Shown here: positions 27,005 through 34,534 of the stretch, piece by piece
How positions within the stretch are numbered: the stretch's first letter is position 1
Layout of the letters: each line of letters starts with the position of its first letter
DNA from: Bacteroidota bacterium
GTDB taxonomy: Bacteria > Bacteroidota > Bacteroidia > 2-12-FULL-35-15
Assembly: GCA_021323165.1 (NCBI GenBank)
Contig: JAJTCJ010000005.1
Coordinates: 3,056-67,055, forward strand
Direction of reading: 5' to 3'
DNA length: 64,000 bases
Program-made: the position numbers and the translations under genes
Notes under the pieces: generated by a model
What the model was told of the DNA's origin: nothing
Seen by the model: the letters and a program-made list of their open reading frames with translations, nothing else
Databases searched by the model: none

Positions 27005-28180
27005 TTATTTAAATTCGTTAATTAAACGGAGAAAAATTGCATTGGTCCATCCAAATCCAAATTGGGTCGGATATCTTGATGGATTGTAAATTCCTATTTC
27101 ACATTTAACCACATCATGCTTTTCCCAAAACTTGCCCGTTTCCATAAATAGTTTATGATTCATATCAAGCCATTTCCTTGCGATGCGCATCGCATCATCT
27201 GAATATCCATAATTCAGAAGTCCTTTTATTACTATCCATTGCTGATGCGGCCAGCCATTAGGAAAATCATGCTGTTTAAGATCAGAAGATAATCTATGTT
27301 GCTGTGTGTTAACTACTCCCCCATCATATTCAAACATCGGTAAAATGTATTCTTTGATTGATGCAGCTTGTTCTGGACTCGCTAAACCTGCCCACATTGG
27401 ATAAAACCCCGCAACAGAAATGAACTTACTTTGTACTTTCTTCTTATAATCATAATCATAATAGAACTTTTTCTTCTTGTTCCACATTAATTTATCTATT
27501 TCAGTTCTTCTCCTTTCAGCCATATCAAAATACATTTTTGATTTCCTCGGATTTTTATACTCTTTGAAAAATTTTGCTAAGTCCATTTCGTACTTATACA
27601 AACATGAATTGAGATCTATAGGCAAATAATCAAGGCAACGATCTTTAAATCGCGATGTCATATCCCAACCCGATTCATGTTCTGAACCAAGGTGTGTTAT
27701 AAAATGATCACAATAACGGGAAAGGCCATTATAAACAATATGAGTTTCAGTGAGTGACTCATTCTTCCAGTATTTTTTTAATTCCTTTTCAGCCACATTC
27801 ATTACTTTATTTAACCATAATATGTCTTTGTCATAAGAAAATACTTCTAATGCCATTGAAGTTAAAAAGGGTGGCTGTGACGTTCCCAAATTATAATACC
27901 TGTTACGCATAGGGATAATTCCAAACCGATCAAACAAATAGCAAAAATTATCTACCATTCCTTTGGCCAGATTATTCTTATTTGCTTTAACTAACCCAAG
28001 AATTGTAAAGTATGAATCCCAATAAAACTGATCATTCTTAAAAATTATATTGTTAGGTGAAATGAATTTATTAGGAAGCCCCAAATGCAGTTGCTTGTCA
28101 TGTGGGTGATAACAGGTTATTTTTTTCCAATAATTTTTTATATACAACAGGCTTTCTTTATACTCCTCGCTATTGATCAT
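27005..28180 (-). CDS. GH37-family trehalase-like glycosidase (cytoplasmic, no signal peptide)
   Basis: DQFYWDSYF and QHDFPNGWPHQQW resemble the two GH37 trehalase signatures. It lies 2 nt upstream of the OtsAB fusion. Confidence 0.7.
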   Translation of the reverse strand: MINSEEYKESLLYIKNYWKKITCYHPHDKQLHLGLPNKFISPNNIIFKNDQFYWDSYFTILGLVKANKNNLAKGMVDNFCYLFDRFGIIPMRNRYYNLGTSQPPFLTSMALEVFSYDKDILWLNKVMNVAEKELKKYWKNESLTETHIVYNGLSRYCDHFITHLGSEHESGWDMTSRFKDRCLDYLPIDLNSCLYKYEMDLAKFFKEYKNPRKSKMYFDMAERRRTEIDKLMWNKKKKFYYDYDYKKKVQSKFISVAGFYPMWAGLASPEQAASIKEYILPMFEYDGGVVNTQQHRLSSDLKQHDFPNGWPHQQWIVIKGLLNYGYSDDAMRIARKWLDMNHKLFMETGKFWEKHDVVKCEIGIYNPSRYPTQFGFGWTNAIFLRLINEFK

Positions 28181-28314
28181 TTTTTTGTATATTCAAATTG
28201 ATTTTTCTTTTGCTTTTTTAACCTCTTTCTTAACCAATAAGCAATAAAAAGAAGTATACTTAATATGATTAAAACAAGAAATACAACTATCGCAACCAAT
28301 CCTAGATAAACCAT
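28177..28314 (-). CDS. Unannotated 45-codon single-TM small ORF, translationally coupled to the trehalase gene
   Basis: Hand translation gives MVYLGLVAIVVFLVLIILSILLFIAYWLRKRLKKQKKNQFEYTKK. Its TGA overlaps the trehalase ATG (ATGA at 28180-28177). It is below the ORF-track size cutoff. Confidence 0.45.
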   Translation of the reverse strand: MVYLGLVAIVVFLVLIILSILLFIAYWLRKRLKKQKKNQFEYTKK

Positions 28315-28367
28315 TTTGCTATGAGCTTAAGTTCATTGCAAAGATCGATATTCAGGAAAGTTGCTTC

Positions 28368-28385
28368 AATGACAATTGTCAATTT
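28368..28385. promoter_or_regulatory. Crp/Fnr-type palindromic box 1 (core TGACAATTGTCA) abutting a minus-strand promoter for the trehalose operon
   Basis: CAATGACAATTGTCAATT. On the minus strand it is followed directly by TTG (28369-28367), a 20-nt spacer, and GATCTTTG (28346-28339, one mismatch from TAnnTTTG). Confidence 0.55.
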
Positions 28386-28434
28386 TAAACTTTATTTATC
28401 TAACTTGATTGTCCTTTATTCAATAGCATAAATG

Positions 28435-28470
28435 AAAAAAACCTGCCAAATGTTAAAACACATGACAGGT
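28435..28470 (-). terminator. Minus-strand rho-independent terminator inside the divergent intergenic region
   Basis: The minus strand reads acctgtca-(14-nt loop)-tggcaggt followed by T6-7. It sits between the two palindromic boxes. Confidence 0.6.
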
Positions 28471-28524
28471 TCGGAGATATATAAATTATTTACAGGTCAA
28501 AGATAGTAATTGCGACTCCAGGCA

Positions 28525-28544
28525 AAATTGACAATTGTCAATTT
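28525..28544. promoter_or_regulatory. Crp/Fnr-type palindromic box 2, a perfect 20-bp palindrome
   Basis: AAATTGACAATTGTCAATTT is its own reverse complement. It matches the TTGA-N6-TCAA FNR/CRP-family layout and lies 32 nt upstream of the Crp-family gene ATG at 28576. Confidence 0.65.
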
Positions 28545-28575
28545 CAATTCTTATAAAAACATATATTATTACTTA

Positions 28576-29271
28576 ATGGAATATAATATTGAAAATTATC
28601 ACCTGAAATCTTCTTCGCTTTTCGATTTTCTTTCCAGCGAGGAAACTAAGCTTGTTAAAGGCAAAATGGTCCGAAAGGAATATGACAGAGGGGAATATCT
28701 ATTTAAAGAACAAAGCTTTTCTCGCGGGATTTATATTATTAGAAAAGGAAAGGTGAAGATATTTCAAACAAACAACGAAGGGAAACAAAGTATTGTTTAC
28801 ATATATAAAAAAGGTGAATATTTTGGATACCGGCCAATACTTGCTAAAGAGCCACACCCGGTGTCTGCGGTAGCCATGGACAATGTTGTTATTTCTTTCA
28901 TCTCCAAAGATTTATTCCTTAATCTTTTGGAGGGCTCTTCGACTTTGGCTAACGAATTACTGTATACCTTGTCAAAAGAATTTTCAGTGTGGGTAAATAA
29001 AATGACAATATTTTCTCAATACGGGGTAAAAGAAAGGGTAGCCTTAAGTCTTTTGATACTAAACCAAGTTTATCAACAAAACGATGAAAAAAATAAGCCT
29101 GTTTTAATAGCTATCAATAGAGAAGATTTTGCGGGATTCGTAGGCACTGCCAAAGAAACGCTTGTAAGAATGCTTCGCATCTTTAAAGATGAAAAAATTA
29201 TAACAACAAGGGGGACAAAAATAATTATCTTAAAACCGAAAGTGCTGTTAAATATGATAGCCACATTTTGA
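28576..29271 (+). CDS. Crp/Fnr-family transcriptional regulator (cNMP-binding domain plus C-terminal HTH)
   Basis: RGIYIIRKGKVKIF beta-roll segment and C-terminal REDFAGFVGTAKETLVRMLRIFKDEKII HTH. The ORF-track start at 28510 would include palindrome box 2, so the ATG at 28576 is preferred. Confidence 0.85.
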   Translation: MEYNIENYHLKSSSLFDFLSSEETKLVKGKMVRKEYDRGEYLFKEQSFSRGIYIIRKGKVKIFQTNNEGKQSIVYIYKKGEYFGYRPILAKEPHPVSAVAMDNVVISFISKDLFLNLLEGSSTLANELLYTLSKEFSVWVNKMTIFSQYGVKERVALSLLILNQVYQQNDEKNKPVLIAINREDFAGFVGTAKETLVRMLRIFKDEKIITTRGTKIIILKPKVLLNMIATF

Positions 29272-29384
29272 TTTTTCCTATAAATTATACTTTCAGTCAT
29301 TTCAGAGTTAAAATCCTGAGCATTATTAAACGCAAGATTAGCTTACAAAAAGAAACCAGCAACCTTTTTTATTGGTATTTTTAG

Positions 29385-29951
29385 ATGGTGAAAGAATTGC
29401 TTGAACATATCAAAACCATCTATCCACTTTCTGCTGAATCTCAATCAGCCTTATCAGAGATCTGCAAAGAAATCAAATTCACTAAAGGAGAGAACATTCA
29501 GGATATTGGCCATACCTGCAAAACCATTTACTTCGTTAAAAAAGGTGTTGTACGTATCTATTACTTCAAAGATGCCACTGACATCACTGAAAGTTTTGAG
29601 TTTGAAAATTCATTTGTCGCGAGAGCAGAAAGCTTATTTACCGGCAAACCTTCAAGAAAAGCAATACAGGCAATTGAAGACACCACTCTCATCGCTATTG
29701 ACTCCAACAAGCTTTTTAAATTCTTTAATTCTTATTCAGATCTCGAACGTATGTTCAGGAAAATAATAGAGTCTTCGTATGTGAATACAGTAAATCGTAT
29801 TGAAAGTCTGCAGTTCAATACAGCAGAAGAGCGTTATAAGTCTTTACTCAAAGATGCACCCGACACTCTTAAACGCATTCCCCTAAAATACATAGCCTCT
29901 TATCTGGGGATCACCCAGGTAAGTTTAAGCCGGATCAGAGGCCTTAAGTGA
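29385..29951 (+). CDS. Crp/Fnr-family transcriptional regulator
   Basis: cNMP-binding-like N-terminal domain (TIYFVKKGVVRIYY) and C-terminal HTH (LKYIASYLGITQVSLSRIRG). Confidence 0.8.
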   Translation: MVKELLEHIKTIYPLSAESQSALSEICKEIKFTKGENIQDIGHTCKTIYFVKKGVVRIYYFKDATDITESFEFENSFVARAESLFTGKPSRKAIQAIEDTTLIAIDSNKLFKFFNSYSDLERMFRKIIESSYVNTVNRIESLQFNTAEERYKSLLKDAPDTLKRIPLKYIASYLGITQVSLSRIRGLK

Positions 29952-29953
29952 TT

Positions 29954-29971
29954 ATTTATCATATGATAAAT
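29954..29971. promoter_or_regulatory. Perfect 18-bp palindrome upstream of the MFS-rhodanese-DsrE genes (candidate operator)
   Basis: ATTTATCATATGATAAAT is self-complementary. It lies 3 nt after the regulator stop and 44 nt before the MFS start. Confidence 0.45.
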
Positions 29972-30014
29972 TTTATCCTGAATGGTAGCCATAGCTTTGC
30001 TGTAAATAAAGCAA

Positions 30015-31325
30015 GTGATGAATACCGTAAAGCTAGGTCTTAAAGAAAACAGGACGCAATTTATATTGCTAGTAATTGTTAATGCTTTTGTTGGCGGCAT
30101 GATTGGACTTGAAAGATCAATACTTCCAAAAATTGCTGAAGCCGAATTTCATCTCGCAGCAAAAACTGCTATACTGTCTTTTATTGTGGTATTTGGTATT
30201 GTAAAGGCAATCACTAATTTTTATGCAGGAACATTTGCAAATAAGTTTGGTCGCAAAAATTTGCTGGTGACAGGCTGGATCATTGCATTGCCAATACCGT
30301 TCATTCTGATGCTCGCTCCAAACTGGAACTGGATAATTGCTGCAAATATCTTATTGGGCTTGAGCCAGGGATTGACCTGGTCAAGCACCGTTGTAATGAA
30401 GATCGACCTGGTTGGAGAAAAGGAGCGTGGTTTTGCAATGGGCTTAAATGAATTTGCCGGTTACCTGGCTGTCGCGATAGTCGCTTTTATTACCGGTTGG
30501 ATCGCAGGGAACATAGGATTGCGTCCATATCCGTTTTATATTGGCATAGCTTTGTCATTTCTCGGATTGATCATTAGCTGGATTTTTATAAAGGATACCA
30601 AACATCATGTTGCTAAAGAAGCAGAAACAAATAGCATCCGCAAACTGAAAAACATTTTTTGGGACACAACGATCTTTGATGCCAATCTTGGTTCTGTCAC
30701 ACAAGCCGGGTTGATCAATAATTTAAATGATGGGATGGTATGGGGACTCTTCCCTATCATTCTTTATCAAAAGCACTTTAACCTTTTTGAAATTGGGATC
30801 ATTACAGCTATTTATCCTGCTGTATGGGGGCTTGGACAACTATTTACAGGGAAAATGGCGGATAAATTCTGTAAAAAAAATGTGCTCTTCTGGGGAATGT
30901 TGCTGCAAGGTATCGCACTCATCTTTTTGATCTCAGCAAATACTTTTCTTCATTTTGCAATCATTTCGGTAGTGCTTGGCTGGGGCACCGCAATGGTCTA
31001 TCCCACTTTCCTCGCTACTGTTGCAGAATACACGCACCCGCATGATCGCGCAAAGAGTTTAGGGACATTCAGATTGTGGAGAGATCTGGGATATGCATTC
31101 GGAGCAATTCTAACTGGAATAATAGCGGATGCATTTAACATCAACACTTCCATAATTATTATTGCGCTGCTAACCATTGGATCCGCATACATCATCGAAT
31201 ACAGGATGAGATGTAAACCTCATGCGATCAAACTGACTGATTGGCTTTTCAATAAACTAACAAGAAATAAAAATGGAGCAAAAAACATCCATAAGCTCTG
31301 CGGAACTGAAAAAACTGCTTGCTGA
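30015..31325 (+). CDS. MFS transporter
   Basis: About 12 TM helices. The loop 2-3 motif GTFANKFGRKN is MFS-like, and a second half-repeat is present. Confidence 0.8.
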   Translation: MMNTVKLGLKENRTQFILLVIVNAFVGGMIGLERSILPKIAEAEFHLAAKTAILSFIVVFGIVKAITNFYAGTFANKFGRKNLLVTGWIIALPIPFILMLAPNWNWIIAANILLGLSQGLTWSSTVVMKIDLVGEKERGFAMGLNEFAGYLAVAIVAFITGWIAGNIGLRPYPFYIGIALSFLGLIISWIFIKDTKHHVAKEAETNSIRKLKNIFWDTTIFDANLGSVTQAGLINNLNDGMVWGLFPIILYQKHFNLFEIGIITAIYPAVWGLGQLFTGKMADKFCKKNVLFWGMLLQGIALIFLISANTFLHFAIISVVLGWGTAMVYPTFLATVAEYTHPHDRAKSLGTFRLWRDLGYAFGAILTGIIADAFNINTSIIIIALLTIGSAYIIEYRMRCKPHAIKLTDWLFNKLTRNKNGAKNIHKLCGTEKTAC

Positions 31326-31572
31326 AAATAATAATGTCCGGATTCTTGATGTAAGAACCGAAGCTGAATTCAATGAGCTTCACCTACCAAGGGCAATTAA
31401 TATTACAGAAGATAAAATCGAATTCTTCGAAATATTTAAAGATGAAATAATTATAACCACCTGCGGAAAAGGGGGAGGAAGATCCGAAAAAGCAGCGAAA
31501 CTGATTCGAAACAAAACAAAGAACAAGGTTTATTTTCTTGAAAATGGTACATTTGGATGGTATTCAAAATAA
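31273..31572 (+). CDS. Single-domain rhodanese-like sulfurtransferase
   Basis: ILDVRTEAEFNELHLPRAINI and active-site loop CGKGGGRS. The 5' end overlaps the MFS gene by 53 nt. Confidence 0.8.
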   Translation: MEQKTSISSAELKKLLAENNNVRILDVRTEAEFNELHLPRAINITEDKIEFFEIFKDEIIITTCGKGGGRSEKAAKLIRNKTKNKVYFLENGTFGWYSK

Positions 31573-31577
31573 ATAAA

Positions 31578-31931
31578 ATGAAAGCACTATTTATTATTAA
31601 TGAAGCTCCTTCGGGCAACGAAAAAATTTACAATGCCTTGAGGACAGCGCGACAATTACAAAAAGATTTTCAGGATTGCGAGATCCGAATGTATCTTCTG
31701 GCTGATGGCGTGTTTTGTACTCTTCCAAATAAAGGCATGCCTGCCGGAGTTTATAATATTTCACAAATGATGACAGACTTTATTACTGCTGGCGGCAAGG
31801 TGAAGATGTGCACTTCCTGCGGAGAATCAAGAGGTCTGAAAGAAATGAAGTTACTTGAATCTATGGAATGGGGTAATTTAAAAGACCTAACATCATGGAT
31901 CGCTGACAGCGACAAAATCCTGACGTATTAA
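31578..31931 (+). CDS. DsrE/DsrF-family sulfur-relay-like protein
   Basis: ALFIINEAPSGNEKIYNALR...YLLADGV...MCTSCGESRG matches the DsrE-like fold pattern. The ATG at 31578 is preferred over the TTG at 31557, which overlaps the rhodanese stop. Confidence 0.7.
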   Translation: MKALFIINEAPSGNEKIYNALRTARQLQKDFQDCEIRMYLLADGVFCTLPNKGMPAGVYNISQMMTDFITAGGKVKMCTSCGESRGLKEMKLLESMEWGNLKDLTSWIADSDKILTY

Positions 31932-31947
31932 GATCGCTCATTAATCT

Positions 31948-31974
31948 CAAAGCCTTTCAGAAATGAAAGGCTTT
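31948..31974 (+). terminator. Terminator hairpin, same family as 15177 and 20391
   Basis: aaagcctttc agaaat gaaaggcttttc. Confidence 0.75.
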
Positions 31975-32155
31975 TCTCTTGTTCAATGTTTCACACATCA
32001 TTCTGAATAATTATAACTCCCGATAAACATGACGTGTGAATCATGCAAGTCTTCCCTACAATTGTGTAACAGAAAAAAATGAATGCTTCTCATCTTTGTA
32101 TCGTGAAAACAATTCACATCTGTCCGCCAGCAGCGGAAATTAATAAAAATAAAAA

Positions 32156-33238
32156 ATGATAAAATATAAAAAAATGTTTTCGGTGTTTGCAGCAGCAGCC
32201 GTGTTATTAACAGCAGCTTGTAAAAAAGAAGAATCAAACGGACCAGCAACTGTTCCTTCAACTCCCTCAATAACTGCAAAAAGTCCGGCAGCAAATGCAA
32301 GCAATGTTTCCCTTAATAAAGTAATATCTGTAACCTTTAGTGAGGCAATGGATGCTTCAACAATTAATACGACCAATTTCACTTTAAAACAGGGAACACT
32401 AAACATAAGCGGTATAGTCGCATATGAGGGAACAACGGCCACTTTCAAACCAACAGCCCTTTTAACTGCAGGAACTACTTATTCCGTTTTGATTACAACA
32501 AACATCAAAAGTTCCCAAGGTATTGCGATCGCTGCCGAAAACTCCTGGACATTTTCAACAGGCACCAATGCAACCGGACTGACACCTGTCAACCTTGGAT
32601 CAGCAGACAATTATGTTATACTTGCTAAAACGGCAATAAATAACAGCCCTACATCAACCATCACAGGAGATTTAGGACTAAGCCCTGCAGCAACATCGTA
32701 TATTACAGGCTTCTCCATAACCAATGCAACAGGTTATGCAACTTCAGCACAGGTGACTGGTAAATTATATGCAGCAGACATGGTAAGCCCTACACCAATT
32801 AATCTTACTACCGCTGTAAATGATATGATCACTGCTTATAATGATGCAGCAGGTCGTACTTCACCGGATTTTTCTCAACTTGGAGCGGGAAATATAGGTA
32901 GCAAAACACTTACAGAAGGACTTTACAAATGGACGAATACTGTGACAGCACCTACAAACCTAATAATTTCAGGAAGTTCAACTGATGTTTGGATATTCCA
33001 GATTGCAGGAAACCTTTCAGTAAGTTCTAATGTGAAAATAACATTGAGCGGAGGAGCTCAGGCCAAAAATATTTTCTGGCAGGTAGCAGGTACTGTTACA
33101 ATTGGTACTGGAGCTCAATTTAAAGGAGTTATCTTATCGCAGACAGGAGTTACTTTAAGAACAGGAGCATCACTTAGCGGACGTGCATTGGCTCAAACAG
33201 CTGTTATTCTTGATAAGAATGTTGTAACACAACCATAA
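32156..33238 (+). CDS. Ice-binding-family (DUF3494) lipoprotein with N-terminal Ig-like (Big_5/SbsA-type) domain
   Basis: Lipobox LLTAAC. The Ig-like segment is NASNVSLNKVISVTFSEAMD...TNFTL. The DUF3494 body is LGSADNYVILAKTAI...ITGDLGLSP...AYNDAAGR...LTEGLYKW...DVWIFQIAG...NIFWQVAG...GRALAQTAVILDKN. Confidence 0.8.
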   Translation: MIKYKKMFSVFAAAAVLLTAACKKEESNGPATVPSTPSITAKSPAANASNVSLNKVISVTFSEAMDASTINTTNFTLKQGTLNISGIVAYEGTTATFKPTALLTAGTTYSVLITTNIKSSQGIAIAAENSWTFSTGTNATGLTPVNLGSADNYVILAKTAINNSPTSTITGDLGLSPAATSYITGFSITNATGYATSAQVTGKLYAADMVSPTPINLTTAVNDMITAYNDAAGRTSPDFSQLGAGNIGSKTLTEGLYKWTNTVTAPTNLIISGSSTDVWIFQIAGNLSVSSNVKITLSGGAQAKNIFWQVAGTVTIGTGAQFKGVILSQTGVTLRTGASLSGRALAQTAVILDKNVVTQP

Positions 33239-33264
33239 TTTATTTAGAAAGTAATTATACTAAT

Positions 33265-33300
33265 AGACCGCCTCAGAAGTAAAATTCTGAGGCGGTCTTT
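33265..33300 (+). terminator. Rho-independent terminator after the ice-binding gene
   Basis: 14-bp stem agaccgcctcagaa / ttctgaggcggtct with loop gtaaaa, then ttt. Confidence 0.75.
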
Positions 33301-33354
33301 ACTTATGTAAATCTTTAACTTTTTTGCCGAAAAATATAAATTCAATTCTTTTTT

Positions 33355-33535
33355 CTTTTTGTCTTGAAACAAAAAGAAACAAAAAGTTCAAGGCTGAACG
33401 ACTCCCTCCCGCTCTGCCATTTTCACGAAAAACCTAAAGCAAAAAAACTAAAGTTTTTGCTAAGGTTTTCAATGAAAATGACATTCACATCTTAACGACA
33501 TCGCGTTCAGCCAAGCCTCACGCGCGTCTTCGAAC
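33355..33535 (+). repeat. Left copy of a diverged inverted pair of a structured (candidate ncRNA or hairpin) element
   Basis: Hairpin A is 33355-33376 (ctttttgt/acaaaaag, loop cttgaa). A rod-like hairpin B is closed by 33392-33400 ggctgaacg with 33504-33512 cgttcagcc. Its inner stems are 33415-33425 with 33473-33483, and 33439-33445 with 33454-33460 (loop aactaaag). Confidence 0.7.
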
Positions 33536-33689
33536 TATGATATTTCTATCATTAATGATATTAGAATTCAAAATGGAGATTCTGCTCTTAGGGTGAGGTT
33601 TTGAGCCTGTATAGCGATAGCGGAAATGAACGCTATTGAAAATTAATCTTTCGTTAACATACCAGATCATTAATAATTAACAAATTATA

Positions 33690-33875
33690 GTTACGAAGCC
33701 GCGCGTTAGGTTTGATCAGGCGCGATGTCGTGTAGCGGTGAACAGTATTTTTCAAGAAAATCTAGGCAAGAGCTTTAGTTCTCTTGACTTTAGATTTCCT
33801 GAAAAATGCTGAGAGGCGGGAAGCAATCGCCTGATCTTGATTTTTTTGTAACTTTTTTTATCAAGAAAAAAAGTT
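33690..33875 (-). repeat. Right copy (reverse orientation) of the same structured element
   Basis: Read on the minus strand it aligns with the left copy. Hairpin A' is 33850-33875 (loop cttgat). The closing stem is 33828-33836 with 33714-33722 (gatcaggcg/cgcctgatc). The inner stems are 33798-33811 with 33743-33756, and 33781-33786 with 33767-33772, with an identical aactaaag loop. Confidence 0.7.
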
Positions 33876-33946
33876 AAACATCAAAAAAAATTCAATGTGA
33901 GATCGCTGAACCGGTTATTCCAAAGAAATAACTAATTTAGTCCTTA

Positions 33947-34414
33947 ATGCAACTCCTTAATAAATACAAAGAAACCATCATCTTTGGCATCTCCATGGCA
34001 GCATTGCTGATCCTTCTTAAATTGCTGGAGGCTAATTTCATTGTTTTTAATTACAGATTAGATTTCTTTATTGGTGCCATTGCTATCATATTTACAGTTT
34101 TAGGAATCTGGCTGGCACTTAAGCTTGTTAAACCGAAAATAGAAACCCGGATTATTGAAAAGGAAGTTTATATCAATACTCCGGTTCAAAAGGAAATTGA
34201 TCTAGGGGAAATTGAAAAACTGGGCTTAAGCAAGCGCGAACTGGATGTTTTAAATTTAATGGCAACCGGATTAAGCAATGAGGAAATTGCCGGGAAATTA
34301 TTTATAGGTGTAAATACGGTTAAAACACATTCTTCCAATATTTTTGTGAAACTGGATGTCAAAAGACGGACACAGGCGGTCGAAAAAGCTAAACGGCTGA
34401 ATATCATACAGTAG
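33947..34414 (+). CDS. Membrane-anchored LuxR/GerE-family HTH regulator
   Basis: Two N-terminal TM helices, then LSKRELDVLNLMATGLSNEEIAGKLFIGVNTVKTHSSNIFVKLDV, the LuxR C-terminal HTH. Confidence 0.85.
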   Translation: MQLLNKYKETIIFGISMAALLILLKLLEANFIVFNYRLDFFIGAIAIIFTVLGIWLALKLVKPKIETRIIEKEVYINTPVQKEIDLGEIEKLGLSKRELDVLNLMATGLSNEEIAGKLFIGVNTVKTHSSNIFVKLDVKRRTQAVEKAKRLNIIQ

Positions 34415-34534
34415 ACTCTCTCCTACTTTAGTATGAAAAGTGGAATTGGTATTAAAATCACCCGAAAGAGTGAAGGAAAGTGAAGATTTCAGGGCGACTT
34501 TTGCGGCATAATTAATTTAAAAAAACAAAACATT

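Noticed and set aside
28510-28575. N-terminal 22-codon extension of the Crp/Fnr gene in the ORF track
   Set aside because: The extension starts at a non-ATG codon and would encode the perfect 20-bp palindrome, which is a likely operator. The ATG at 28576 gives a normal-length regulator.
29401-29766. 121-aa alternate-frame ORF inside the second Crp/Fnr gene
   Set aside because: It overlaps a frame with clear cNMP-binding and HTH motifs, and its own translation has no recognisable features.
33705-33879. GTTRRRY-like motifs (GTTAGGT at 33705, GTTAAAC at 33873) that could suggest integron attC sites in the structured locus
   Set aside because: There is no IntI-type integrase and no cassette ORFs. 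The two hairpin units are inverted rather than direct, and the motifs are short enough to occur by chance.
33338-33896. 9-nt direct repeat AAATTCAAT flanking the inverted structured element, as a target-site duplication
   Set aside because: I did not reject this as a possibility, but it is not strong enough to call a mobile element. The sequence is A+T-rich, I did not see a second copy of the element elsewhere in the window, and the arms are too diverged for a recent MITE.
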